Shown here piece after piece: positions 38,561 to 48,268 of a stretch of 64,000 nt of DNA. Under the pieces are notes generated by a model, which saw nothing but the letters and a program-made list of their open reading frames with translations, had not been told where the DNA came from and searched no databases. Position numbers and translations under genes: made by a program. The stretch spans positions 1 to 64,000 of the forward strand of contig JBGTHM010000030.1 of assembly GCA_041746255.1 (NCBI GenBank), read 5' to 3'. The stretch comes from Fibrobacteria bacterium. GTDB lineage: Bacteria > Fibrobacterota > Fibrobacteria > UBA11236. Position 1 is the first letter of the stretch. Every line of letters starts with the position of its first letter.

Positions 38561-39037
38561 ATGCTGATAAGACTTGACCAAACCCTTATCGACTCGGTCC
38601 TGAAAAGGGCTCGCATCAGCCCCCGTAAAAGGGCCAACCACAATTTCCATCTACCCCATGAAACGCTACAACGGATGTTGAATGTAGCGCTGCGTGACTC
38701 GTATTTTCGGCCACATAAACATGAGAACCCCGATAAACGCGAAATATTCACTCTATTGAAGGGGCGGGTGGCTATCATCCTGTTCAAGGATAACGGCGGG
38801 GTACAAGAAGCGGCCTATCTCAATGAAGGCGGACCGGTGTTACAGGTGGAAATTCCCCCAAGGCAGTGGCATACCGTGGTGGTGATGTCTGAAGAGGCTG
38901 TGCTCTACGAAATTATCGAGGGAGCCTATGACCCGCGCACCCACAAGCAATTCGCTGATTTCGCCCCTGCCGAAGGGGCCCCCGGTGCAGCGGAATATTT
39001 ACAAAGCCTACGGGAAAGTTTGGCCCATGAGGCATAA
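38561..39037 (+). CDS. WbuC-family cupin-fold metalloprotein
   Basis: SPRKRANHNFH, LQRMLN, YFRPHKH, E.F.LLKG, EIPPRQWHT and YEI.EG.YDP motifs. Confidence 0.9.
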   Translation: MLIRLDQTLIDSVLKRARISPRKRANHNFHLPHETLQRMLNVALRDSYFRPHKHENPDKREIFTLLKGRVAIILFKDNGGVQEAAYLNEGGPVLQVEIPPRQWHTVVVMSEEAVLYEIIEGAYDPRTHKQFADFAPAEGAPGAAEYLQSLRESLAHEA

Positions 39038-39038
39038 A

Positions 39039-39413
39039 TTACGGCTTGGGCACCACACGTATCTTAACTTTCCGGGATGTCAGGGACGAACGATTGTCGG
39101 AGGCCCAAACCAGGGTGGAGTCGATCGAGACTCCGTATACGCGCAAACCGTTGGGCGTGGCGATTTGCTCGGCATCGCTATGGACTTTGATATCGGTATA
39201 GTTATTGAGGGTGGTAATTTGGCCTCGTTGATTGGCCGTGACTTTGGTGAAAACCAGAGGGGCGGTGCTATCTCCGACCGCCACTTCCAAATCTCCCCCT
39301 TCATAATGCAACCCGGGTGCATGCCCGGGATCGGTGGCGCATCCCATGAATAAACCGGCGACGGAAAGAGAAAAAAAGCATAGTAGTATGTGGAATGAAA
39401 CTGGGCTTGGCAT
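39039..39413 (-). CDS. Small putative lipoprotein
   Basis: Hydrophobic signal with LFMG-C lipobox and a beta-rich mature region; start chosen at MPSPV (39413). Confidence 0.6.
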   Translation of the reverse strand: MPSPVSFHILLCFFSLSVAGLFMGCATDPGHAPGLHYEGGDLEVAVGDSTAPLVFTKVTANQRGQITTLNNYTDIKVHSDAEQIATPNGLRVYGVSIDSTLVWASDNRSSLTSRKVKIRVVPKP

Positions 39414-39513
39414 AAAAAGATTCGCTGTATTTTCGGGTGATAATGCAACTCCAATATAAAAATCCCAGAGCAGGGTCTTTGCATCGCTACTTAGAAAAGA
39501 GAATAATGCACGC

Positions 39514-40398
39514 ATGATGCTGCCCTTGCCGGTACTTATCCTTCCCCTTGTGGCGGCCTTGCTCTATGCCTTAGCCATAACGCTTCTCAAGCGGGCTGTG
39601 GGCTTTACCGGTGATTTATGGGGAATGATTCTGGTAATCAATGGAATCGTAGTCCTAACCTACTTCCCTCTGTTTTTCCTGGATGGCTCTCCCATACCCT
39701 GGCATTTGACCTACCAACCCGCCCTGGTTGGGCTGTTTTTTTTACTAGGTCAAGTGTTCGCCTTCAAGGCGGTCGTCCAAGGCGACCTGAGTGTCGCGAC
39801 TCCGGCCCTGGGGTCGAAAATTTTGATAGTCGCGGTGTTGTCCGTCTTCTTGTTGGAAGACTCGGTTGCCTGGACTTGGTGGTTGGCGGCTATTCTGGCC
39901 ATGGTCGCATTCATCTTGCTAGGGATCGGACAGCCGGGTAAACGCAGAAATACGGCGGTTACGCTGCTGCTTTCCATCCTGGCCGCGTTGCAATTCGCAA
40001 TGGTCGATATCCTGGTGCAGAAATGGGCGCCGCATTGGGGCGTCCCCCGGTTTCTTTTCTTTTTCTCGGTGGCCGGGGCGGTTTACGCGCTGGCGCTATT
40101 GCCATGCGTATCCCGCTCCCGATTGCGCTATGCCGCTCGAGATTGGAAATGGCTGCTTTGGGGTTCGCTTTTCTTCGCTTTACAGGGCCTGGCTTTGGGG
40201 TGGGTAGTGGGCTATTATGGGATGGCTACGGTGGTGAACATTGTGTATAGTTCGCGGGGAATTTGGAATATTTTGCTGGTGCTGGCGATTGGCGCCCAAC
40301 TTGGAAATCCGGAATTCGCAGGTGGAAAAAAAATCCTGGCGTTTCGTGTGGTGGGCGCCTTGCTGATTTCAGCGGCCATCGCCCTGGTTTCTATTTGA
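39514..40398 (+). CDS. DMT/EamA-family transporter
   Basis: About 10 TM helices in two repeats; GDLSVATP and NIVYSSRG motifs. Confidence 0.85.
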   Translation: MMLPLPVLILPLVAALLYALAITLLKRAVGFTGDLWGMILVINGIVVLTYFPLFFLDGSPIPWHLTYQPALVGLFFLLGQVFAFKAVVQGDLSVATPALGSKILIVAVLSVFLLEDSVAWTWWLAAILAMVAFILLGIGQPGKRRNTAVTLLLSILAALQFAMVDILVQKWAPHWGVPRFLFFFSVAGAVYALALLPCVSRSRLRYAARDWKWLLWGSLFFALQGLALGWVVGYYGMATVVNIVYSSRGIWNILLVLAIGAQLGNPEFAGGKKILAFRVVGALLISAAIALVSI

Positions 40399-40512
40399 TT
40401 TTGTATTTAAAGTACGCGGTAGCCAGGGTCTCCGACGCAGTTGAGCGAGGCTTGCTATCGGTTAACAGCCTTAAAACGGCAACATCTTTTCACACCCGGT
40501 ATCGGAGGATTC

Positions 40513-41256
40513 ATGAAATCATTATTGGTCGCGGCGTTGCTGGCACTGGGAGCCACTGCCGCTCCTTCAGATTTTCAGGGAGTCATCGACATGGACATCG
40601 CCTTGTCGGCGGGCAAAGGGCAATTGCAATTGAAAGTGGGAGAGCCCGCCACCCGTATCGACATGAGCCTGGAAATCAAGCCCTTACCCCAACCCCTTCG
40701 CTTCGCCTTGCTCCTGAAAAATGACAATATGAAAACCCTTTATATGATAAGCGATCATACCCGCTCCTACAGTGAAATCGATATCAGCGACAAGGTTGCG
40801 GGTAATGAAGAAAAGGGCGGGCCCTACGTTATCAAAGTCGTAGGAAACGAGAAAAGATTGGGCTATAATACCACCGTGGTGGAAATGACGCGACCCGGCG
40901 AGCAGGTCAAACTTTGGGTAAGCAAGGATATCGGCATCTATTCCATCTTCAAAAGGTTGCAGGCCGCCAATCCCCAGCTGGGAGGCCAAGCTGAAATCCT
41001 GTCCGCGTTGGAAAAAGCCGGCCATGCGGGTTTCCCGATGAAATCAGTGATTACCCAAGACGGAGAAACCGTCACGCTGGAAGTGAAGAAAGTGGAAAAA
41101 AAGAAAATCCCTGTATCCGAAGTCTCCCTTCCCGCCGGTTATACCCAGGCAGCCATTTCCCCGGGCGCGTCAGGAGCCGGCATGCCGAAAGTCTCGCCTG
41201 AGCAACTTGAAGCCATGCAGAAAATGCTGGAGGATGTGCTCAAGGGTCAACAATAA
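40513..41256 (+). CDS. Secreted DUF4412-like protein
   Basis: SD GGAGG, signal peptide, FQGVI, G.EKRLGY, LWVSKD and GFPMK motifs. Confidence 0.75.
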   Translation: MKSLLVAALLALGATAAPSDFQGVIDMDIALSAGKGQLQLKVGEPATRIDMSLEIKPLPQPLRFALLLKNDNMKTLYMISDHTRSYSEIDISDKVAGNEEKGGPYVIKVVGNEKRLGYNTTVVEMTRPGEQVKLWVSKDIGIYSIFKRLQAANPQLGGQAEILSALEKAGHAGFPMKSVITQDGETVTLEVKKVEKKKIPVSEVSLPAGYTQAAISPGASGAGMPKVSPEQLEAMQKMLEDVLKGQQ

Positions 41257-41257
41257 C

Positions 41258-41944
41258 ATGTTTTTTTTCGTGGGGCGGCAGCCAGACGACGAAAGTTGCG
41301 GCATCACCTGCCTCCAGTCCATTTACCGTTTTTACGGGCATGAAATATCCTGGGAACGTCTAGCAGGCGAGATCGAGCATTGGCGAACCGGGGGCACGGT
41401 GAATGTGAACCTGGCGCGTCATGCCTTGCGCGAAGGTTTCTCCGCCGAAATCTGCACCTATAACATCCGCATATTCGATCCCACTTGGAGAGGCTTATCT
41501 TCCGGGGAGCTTTCGCACAAACTAAAGCTCCGTCAGGCGAAAATGCGGAGTAAGAAACAGAAAATGGTCATCGGTTTCTACCTCGACTTTCTGGAACGGG
41601 GGGGAGTCATCCGGTTCGACGACCTTAACGAAGGTCTTTTCGATACCCTGTTCGAGGAAAACCGACCTATCATCGTAGGACTTTCGGCGACCTATCTCTA
41701 TCAAAGCATGCGGGAAACGCCCAATAACGTGGACAACGACATCATTGGCCAGCCCGTGGGTCATTTCGTGGTGGTTTCGGGTTGGGACCGTGCCAGGCGC
41801 GAAGTCATCATCCACGATCCTCTGCGCAAGAATCCCATCGCGGAGTCCGGCAATTACAACCTCCCCTTCACCAAGTTCAGCAACGCCGTTATGTTGGGCA
41901 TCATCACTTACGACGAAAACCTCCTTATCATTTCAAAAAAATGA
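41258..41944 (+). CDS. Papain-like C39-family cysteine peptidase associated with RimK systems
   Basis: QPDDESCG (catalytic Cys), GLSATYLY, GHFVVVSG (His) and IHDP (Asp); start at MFFF (41258). Confidence 0.85.
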   Translation: MFFFVGRQPDDESCGITCLQSIYRFYGHEISWERLAGEIEHWRTGGTVNVNLARHALREGFSAEICTYNIRIFDPTWRGLSSGELSHKLKLRQAKMRSKKQKMVIGFYLDFLERGGVIRFDDLNEGLFDTLFEENRPIIVGLSATYLYQSMRETPNNVDNDIIGQPVGHFVVVSGWDRARREVIIHDPLRKNPIAESGNYNLPFTKFSNAVMLGIITYDENLLIISKK

Positions 41945-43467
41945 CAAAACAATATTATGTGGTCGAGAACCCCCGGTACTGGCGGAAGCGCGTGCCGCAA
42001 GTCGAATTTTTAAGCGTCAGCGAATACCTGTTTTCCAAAGAATACCAGGACGTCAAACAGCTGCGCATCATCAATCTGGCCCGCAATTACGGCTATTTGG
42101 GCGCGGGCTATTACGTGTCGCTGGTGGCCGAAGCCCGCGGACACCAGGTGATTCCCAATTTATCCACGGTTCAAGCCTTAAGCCGGAAAGAGTTCTATCT
42201 CATCGAAACCGACGATTTGGACGCGCAAATCCAGAAGAGTCTGGCGAATATCACCGACGATAAGTTCGAGTTGAGCGTCTATTTCGGCCGCAACGTGAAT
42301 AAAAAATACGAGAAGCTTTCGCGCCTTTTCTTCAACTTGCTGCCATGCCCCTTGTTTCGGGTGCATTTCGTCAAAGAGAAGCGGTGGGCACTGCATTCCA
42401 TCAAGCCGGTGGCATTGGATAAAATCCCTGCCTATCACGACGAAATTTTCATGGAGGCTTTGCTCGATTTCGGGGTACGAAGATGGAGCCTACGCAAGCG
42501 CGCGAACACCTTGCGCTACGATTTGGCCATTCTCTTCAATCCCCACGAAAGGTATTCTCCTTCCAGTGAAGCGACTCTCCAGAAGTTCATCAAGGCGGGA
42601 AAGACCGCCGGTTTGGCAGTGGAAATTATCGAGAAACGGGATTATGCCCATCTGCCCGAATTCGACGGATTGTTCATACGCGAAACCACCGCAATCGATC
42701 ATCACACCTTCCGTTTCGCGCGCAAGGCCGAAAAAGAGAACATGGTGGTCATTGACGACCCGCGCTCCATTCTTTACTGCACCAATAAGATTTTTCTGAA
42801 CGAGGTGTTCAAGCGCGCCGGTGTCCCGCGGCCGCGCACCCTGGTGCTCAGCGAGGAAAACCTGGAGTCGTCGCTGCAGGAATTCTCCTTTCCCATCATC
42901 CTTAAAATTCCCGACGGATCGTTCTCGCGCGGTGTGGTCAAGGCACGGGACGCGGCGGAACTCAAGGCGCATAGCAAAGAATTTTTCCGTCATTCCGATT
43001 ACATCATCGCCCAGGAGTTCATGCCCACCGAATTCGATTGGCGCATTGGAATCTTCAACGGAAAGCCCCTTTTCGCATGCCAATACTTCATGTCCCGCGA
43101 CCACTGGCAGATTATCAACCACAAGGTCGAGGGCAGCGGCCGACTGGGCAACCATAAAACCCACCCTATCGAGTTGATGGAAGAAAACATTATCGCAACG
43201 GCCCTGAAATCATGCAAGTTGATAGGCGACGGCCTTTACGGCGTCGACTTGAAGGTGGTCGAGGGCAAGCCCTATGTTGTGGAGGTGAACGACAATCCCA
43301 ATATCGATACCGGAGTTGAGGATGAGCTGCTTAAGGATAAGCTTTACCAGATAATCATGGAGGAATTCGCGGTGCGAATCGATAAGCGGCGAATGCGCAA
43401 GGATGGTTCGGCTGGTCAGGCTGCGCAGGATTTACCGAAGCTTATGAATTCCAAGGGGTACGCTTGA
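41941..43467 (+). CDS. RimK-family ATP-grasp ligase with an N-terminal RLAN domain
   Basis: IINLARNYGYLGAGYYVSLVAEARGH (RLAN), LFIRETT, CTNK, LKIPDGSFSRGV, QEFMPTEFDWRIG, GLYGVDLK and EVNDNP motifs; ATGA overlap with the C39 gene. Confidence 0.92.
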   Translation: MTKQYYVVENPRYWRKRVPQVEFLSVSEYLFSKEYQDVKQLRIINLARNYGYLGAGYYVSLVAEARGHQVIPNLSTVQALSRKEFYLIETDDLDAQIQKSLANITDDKFELSVYFGRNVNKKYEKLSRLFFNLLPCPLFRVHFVKEKRWALHSIKPVALDKIPAYHDEIFMEALLDFGVRRWSLRKRANTLRYDLAILFNPHERYSPSSEATLQKFIKAGKTAGLAVEIIEKRDYAHLPEFDGLFIRETTAIDHHTFRFARKAEKENMVVIDDPRSILYCTNKIFLNEVFKRAGVPRPRTLVLSEENLESSLQEFSFPIILKIPDGSFSRGVVKARDAAELKAHSKEFFRHSDYIIAQEFMPTEFDWRIGIFNGKPLFACQYFMSRDHWQIINHKVEGSGRLGNHKTHPIELMEENIIATALKSCKLIGDGLYGVDLKVVEGKPYVVEVNDNPNIDTGVEDELLKDKLYQIIMEEFAVRIDKRRMRKDGSAGQAAQDLPKLMNSKGYA

Positions 43468-44687
43468 ACTATAAGCCATTTGAAGTATTCGGTATTGAAA
43501 TCGAATATGCCGTCGTGGGGCGCGATAACCTGCAGGTAAAGCCCGTGGTGGACAAGCTAATCACCACCTTGTGCGGAAGCCCCAACCTGTTTCCCACCTT
43601 GGGAAATGCGGAAGCCGATAACGAACTGGCAGCCCATGTGGTCGAAATGAAATGCAAGGTCCCCACGGCGGATTGGGCCGCCCAGGCGCGCGACTTCCAA
43701 CAAATGGTCTCGCTTCTCAATAAAACCTTGGACGGTTTGGACTCCCGTCTCATGCCCGGAGGTTCGCATCCCTTTATGGACCCGGCCCGGGAATCGAAAT
43801 TGTGGGAGCATGACGGCCGCGAAATCTATTCGACCTATGACGGCATTTTCGGATGCCGCGGTCATGGCTGGTTCAATCTTCAGAGCGTGCATTTGAACCT
43901 GCCCTTCTCCGATGACGCCTCGTTTAACCTTCTGCATAATGCGGTCAGTCTATTGCTCCCCCTTATGCCGGCTTTGGCGGCGGCTTCACCCGTATTGGAG
44001 GGCAAGCGCCATGCCTGGAAGGACGCCCGGCTTTTCCATTACTTGCAAAACCAAAGACGATTTCCTTCTGTTATCGGTCCGGTGATTCCCGAGCCATTGC
44101 GAAGCGAAGCGGAATACCGAGCGAAGATTTTGGCGCCTATGTATAGGGAAATCGCTTCTTCCGATCCGGAGGGGTTGCTCCAGGATGAATGGCTCAATTC
44201 CCGCGCGGCCATCGCCCGTTTCGATCGGGGCGCCATCGAGGTGCGCTGTATCGATACGCAAGAATGCCCGCTCGCCGACCTGGCCCTCTGTTTTTTCTTT
44301 TCCGGATTGTTGCGCGCGCTGTGCGAATCGAGGGCGGATTTGTACGGAGCGCATGCGGAGGTGCCGGGTGGAGTTTCGCGGGCACTATTCGAGGACTGCG
44401 CGCGCGTCGGAATGGATGTGCTTCTGCCGAAGGTTTATCCGCAGGAAGTTTTCGGCCTTAGCCAGAGGGAACGCAGCGCGCGGGATTTTTTCCAGGATCT
44501 ACTGTCGACCGGCTTCGCATATGCCACCGTAGCGGAGAATGCCTTATTCCGACCTGTGATTGAGCATATCTTGACGCGGGGAAGCTTAAGCGATCGAATC
44601 ATACGGTTGGCCGGCCCGAGGGAGGACTGGCTTTCGGCCTATAGGGAGGTGTGTGAATGTCTCGCTACAGGGCGTTTGCTGGAGTAG
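43464..44687 (+). CDS. Glutamate-cysteine ligase family 2 (GCS2/YbdK-like carboxylate-amine ligase)
   Basis: FGIEIEY, NELAAHVVE, HPFMDP, HGWFNLQSVHLNLPF, ASP and NSRAAIARFDRGAIEVR motifs; TTGA overlap with the RimK gene. Confidence 0.9.
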   Translation: MNYKPFEVFGIEIEYAVVGRDNLQVKPVVDKLITTLCGSPNLFPTLGNAEADNELAAHVVEMKCKVPTADWAAQARDFQQMVSLLNKTLDGLDSRLMPGGSHPFMDPARESKLWEHDGREIYSTYDGIFGCRGHGWFNLQSVHLNLPFSDDASFNLLHNAVSLLLPLMPALAAASPVLEGKRHAWKDARLFHYLQNQRRFPSVIGPVIPEPLRSEAEYRAKILAPMYREIASSDPEGLLQDEWLNSRAAIARFDRGAIEVRCIDTQECPLADLALCFFFSGLLRALCESRADLYGAHAEVPGGVSRALFEDCARVGMDVLLPKVYPQEVFGLSQRERSARDFFQDLLSTGFAYATVAENALFRPVIEHILTRGSLSDRIIRLAGPREDWLSAYREVCECLATGRLLE

Positions 44688-44834
44688 ACTTCCGAGAGAC
44701 GGCAGGCGCTCTCTCCTAATTCGCTTTGTTTGGAAAGGGGTGAGCGGGCTTGCCATCGCCTGGTTCATACCCACTGTTGTATTATATTTGCCATTCATTC
44801 ATGAATTCGCGAAGCCCCTTTTTGAAAGTCTGGA

Positions 44835-47447
44835 ATGCAGGATAAACTTTGGCAGCGCACCGCGCGTGCCTATGTCGAATTCAGCTACCGGCATCCCTGG
44901 CCGCCAATACTGATTTTTCTGGCGTTGGGCCTGATAACCCTTTATTTGGGTACCGGATTACGCATCGAAACCGATTTACGGGTTTTGCTCCCCAAAAAAA
45001 CCCCTTCCGTGCAGGCCTTGGAGGAATCGGAGCGCCGCATGGGCAGTACCGATTTGTTCACCCTCGCGATTCAGGCGCCCTCCGCCGAAGCCGTGGCGGC
45101 CTTCCAAAGAGACGCGGCCGCGGCGCTCTCCGAATGGGAAGGCGTTTCCTGGGTGCAATTCGATCAAGAAAGGGGCTTTTTCGAAGAAAAGGCCTTGCTG
45201 TATATGCCTCTGGGCGAATTGGAAGATTTGCGGGGCCGTATTTCGGACTTGGTGGGCAAAACCTTCGTGGAGCGAAACCCCTTTCTCCTCGATTTGGGTG
45301 ACGACGATGAGGATTCAGAATCCCAGGGATTGCAAGGCTGGCCCGATACTCTGGCCTTACGACGCCAAGGCCTACCTCCGGATATCGTGGCCGCTTTGCT
45401 GGCGAAAATCAATACCCACGATAATCGCAGCCCTACCGAAGAGACCTCGGCCCCGCGCGCTGATGCTGAAGATCCCGTCCGTCCCGATTCCTTAGCTTCG
45501 CGGCTTATGGGTTGGGACGGTAGCCGCGGCGCTTGGGTAGGCGTGGTATTGGCTCAACTTGACCAGCCTTCCACCAATGCCCAATTTGCTCAAGGTATTT
45601 TCGAGAAAGGCGAGGCGCTTATTCGCGAGTTAGATCCCGGGCGTTATCATCCTGAGATGATTGCGCGGGTTGCGGGCGCCTATCGCAATTTCAGCGAAAT
45701 CAAGCAAGTCAATACCGACATGGCGCTGGCGGGAACGATTTCCTTTTTGGGTGTATCGATTCTGCTTTTTCTGTTCCTGCGACGATTCATCAATTTCGTT
45801 CTGGTCATGAGTCCGATTTTCATCGCCAGTTTTTGGACGCTGGGCGTTACCTACCTGATTTACGGACGGCTCACCTTATTGACGGCCTTTATCCTGTCGC
45901 TGGTTTTGGGATTGGGGATAGAGTACTCCATTCACCTTTTCGGCCGTTGGGCGGAAGAGCGCCGTAAAGGCCAACATTCGCTGGAAGCCATGGTGGTCTC
46001 CCTGACCTATACCGGTAGGGCGTTGCTTTCGGGAGCGGCCACCAATATTTTCGCCATGCTAAGCCTGCAAGCGGGTAATTTTACCGGCTTCAAGGAATAC
46101 GGTATCGTGGTCAGCTTGGGCATCGCATTCTGCCTTATCGCCTCTTGGGTCGTGATACCTCCGCTTTTCTTTTTATTTACCCGTTGGGGGACGGGTCTGG
46201 AAAGGGCGTTTCAGAATACGGATAACCGCGTGACGCGGAGCCTTGTGGGGCTGTGTCGATTTTTGCTTCCGGGAGAAAGCCTGGTTTCGGGAGGTAAGCT
46301 GCTGCCCCGTTTGCGGATAAGCGGCAAGGCTTTGAACCGGGTAGGTTACGCCGGCTTGGCGTTCACCTGCCTATTGCTCTTCACTCCGCCCGCCCAATTC
46401 GAAAACGACTTCCGGAATCTCCGGGGCGAGAGCACGGGGGCCGGCATCAGTTATGGACGCGCCGTAGGTAGCGGACGCAATACCTCCCCCTCCATTATTC
46501 TGGGCCATAGCGTGGAGCAGATGCGCCAGGTGCACGATTCCCTGGCGGCGCGTTTCGGCAGTCCGCCCGACAGCATGCTGCAAAGCTTCGTCACCATTTC
46601 CTCCTTTGTGCCCACCGAAGAGGAACAAAGCGAGAAAATCGAGGTGCTGGAAGAAATCAACGAATTGCTCGATGCGCGGGCCCTGGCGAATGTGGACGGG
46701 GATACCCGCGAAAAACTCGATCTGTTGCGGAGCTATGCCAGTCCCAGGCCTTTCGACTTCTCCGACCTTCCGGAATGGGCCCGGCGCTTCCTGACCGAAG
46801 CCGACGGCAGCCATGGAAAAATCGGATATATGTACGGACGGCTGCAGGAAAGCGACGCGATTGAGAGCGGTAAATTCCAAGACCGCTTCGGTACTCTCCA
46901 CTCCGAGTCGGGCCCGGTGCAGGTGGCGTCCAGCGGTTTCATCTACGCGGACGTCGTGCGCATGGTCAAACGCGACGGGGTCTATCTCGCCCTGGCCACC
47001 GTGTTTTTCCTCATGATCATCACCTGGGTAGACATGCGGAATTGGCGCGGTATGGCTTCGGTCCTGGGTTTCATCCTATTGTCCGGCTTTTGGACCTATG
47101 CGTTGATGGGCTTATTCGGTCTTAAGTTGGGCATGTTCAATCTGGTCATCATCCCGACCATACTCTCGGTTTCCGTCGATTCCGTGATCCATATGTACCA
47201 TCGGCGCATGGAATTGGGCGCGGGGAAAATAGGCGAACTCATCCATACCACGGGGTCGGCGGTTCTCACGGGAACCCTGACCAACGCCTTCGGATTCGCG
47301 GGCTTATGCTTCGTCAACCATAAGGGTTTGCAAACACTCGGGTATATGGCGACGCTGGGCATCGCCTCGGGGTTGGTGATCTTATTCACGATTCTACCCT
47401 GGTTTCTGGAACGAATTTGCCCCAAGGAGCCCGTCCGGGAATATTGA
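44835..47447 (+). CDS. MMPL/RND-superfamily lipid exporter (HpnN-like)
   Basis: Two 1+5 TM repeats with periplasmic loops; LLP, GLGIEYSIH, TGRA, F.GFKEYG, TGSAV and GLQTLG motifs. Confidence 0.88.
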   Translation: MQDKLWQRTARAYVEFSYRHPWPPILIFLALGLITLYLGTGLRIETDLRVLLPKKTPSVQALEESERRMGSTDLFTLAIQAPSAEAVAAFQRDAAAALSEWEGVSWVQFDQERGFFEEKALLYMPLGELEDLRGRISDLVGKTFVERNPFLLDLGDDDEDSESQGLQGWPDTLALRRQGLPPDIVAALLAKINTHDNRSPTEETSAPRADAEDPVRPDSLASRLMGWDGSRGAWVGVVLAQLDQPSTNAQFAQGIFEKGEALIRELDPGRYHPEMIARVAGAYRNFSEIKQVNTDMALAGTISFLGVSILLFLFLRRFINFVLVMSPIFIASFWTLGVTYLIYGRLTLLTAFILSLVLGLGIEYSIHLFGRWAEERRKGQHSLEAMVVSLTYTGRALLSGAATNIFAMLSLQAGNFTGFKEYGIVVSLGIAFCLIASWVVIPPLFFLFTRWGTGLERAFQNTDNRVTRSLVGLCRFLLPGESLVSGGKLLPRLRISGKALNRVGYAGLAFTCLLLFTPPAQFENDFRNLRGESTGAGISYGRAVGSGRNTSPSIILGHSVEQMRQVHDSLAARFGSPPDSMLQSFVTISSFVPTEEEQSEKIEVLEEINELLDARALANVDGDTREKLDLLRSYASPRPFDFSDLPEWARRFLTEADGSHGKIGYMYGRLQESDAIESGKFQDRFGTLHSESGPVQVASSGFIYADVVRMVKRDGVYLALATVFFLMIITWVDMRNWRGMASVLGFILLSGFWTYALMGLFGLKLGMFNLVIIPTILSVSVDSVIHMYHRRMELGAGKIGELIHTTGSAVLTGTLTNAFGFAGLCFVNHKGLQTLGYMATLGIASGLVILFTILPWFLERICPKEPVREY

Positions 47448-47477
47448 CTATTGGTTTGGGGTTCCTGTTTCCGGCTT

Positions 47478-48071
47478 TTATTTGCGCGAAACGAAAGGGT
47501 TGTCCGCGAGGTAGAAGCGCAGCGGCAAATCGGCTCCCTGGGTAATGCCGATGCGCGTGGTGGTAACCACGTTTCCCCCCAAGGACGCTTGCCCGAGTTT
47601 AAGGCGGTTCCGGTTGCTTAAACGCAGGCTTCCCCGGTTTAAAGCCGCTCCGTTCTGGGAGAGGTTAATGTCCATGGCCTGTGCCAGTCGCCCGGGTCCG
47701 CTGCAAAGCCCTTTGCCGGTAGCCCCGGCACGGCGTTTGGCCATAAGGTCAAGGCCTTCCACGGGTTCTAACGCTCTTACCAGTACCGCCTCCCCGATGC
47801 CTTCAGGAGCTGTGACCACATTGAAACAGTGATACATGCCGTAGATGAGGTAAACATAGGCGGTTCCGGGGGGGCCGAACATGGGCGAATTGCGGCGGGT
47901 TTGGCCTCTGGAAGCGTGGCAGGCGGGGTCATCGCGCAAGTAGGCTTCGGTTTCCACGATGCGGCCCACGGTTCGCCCTGCCGGACTTTCGTGCACCAGA
48001 AAGGTCCCAAGCAATTGGCGGGCAACGGTTACCGTATCCTGGTTGAAAAAATTACGGCGGGGTTGATGCAA
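47478..48071 (-). CDS. mpg: 3-methyladenine DNA glycosylase (Mpg/AAG type)
   Basis: [44 protein letters not shown] and RIGI motifs; TTG start with SD AAGGAG. Confidence 0.95.
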   Translation of the reverse strand: MHQPRRNFFNQDTVTVARQLLGTFLVHESPAGRTVGRIVETEAYLRDDPACHASRGQTRRNSPMFGPPGTAYVYLIYGMYHCFNVVTAPEGIGEAVLVRALEPVEGLDLMAKRRAGATGKGLCSGPGRLAQAMDINLSQNGAALNRGSLRLSNRNRLKLGQASLGGNVVTTTRIGITQGADLPLRFYLADNPFVSRK

Positions 48072-48268
48072 AGCTACTCCTTACCCGGTACCCCAGCAAA
48101 TTAGCCGCTTCCTTGGGCCAAGGAAAGTGGTTGGGAGGTTCTGGATTAGGGGTAGGGCAAAAATGTAACGGGATTGGGCCCGGAAAAAACATTTATTTAG
48201 AATAGGTAAGTTTAACGAGGGTGCTAATCATCCCTTAATGGGATTAGGGCTATTAACCGGGGATTTCG

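Noticed and set aside
41782..41940. N-terminal extension of RimK in the ORF track
   Set aside because: It lies inside the C39 gene in another frame; the ATGA overlap at 41941 is the natural start.
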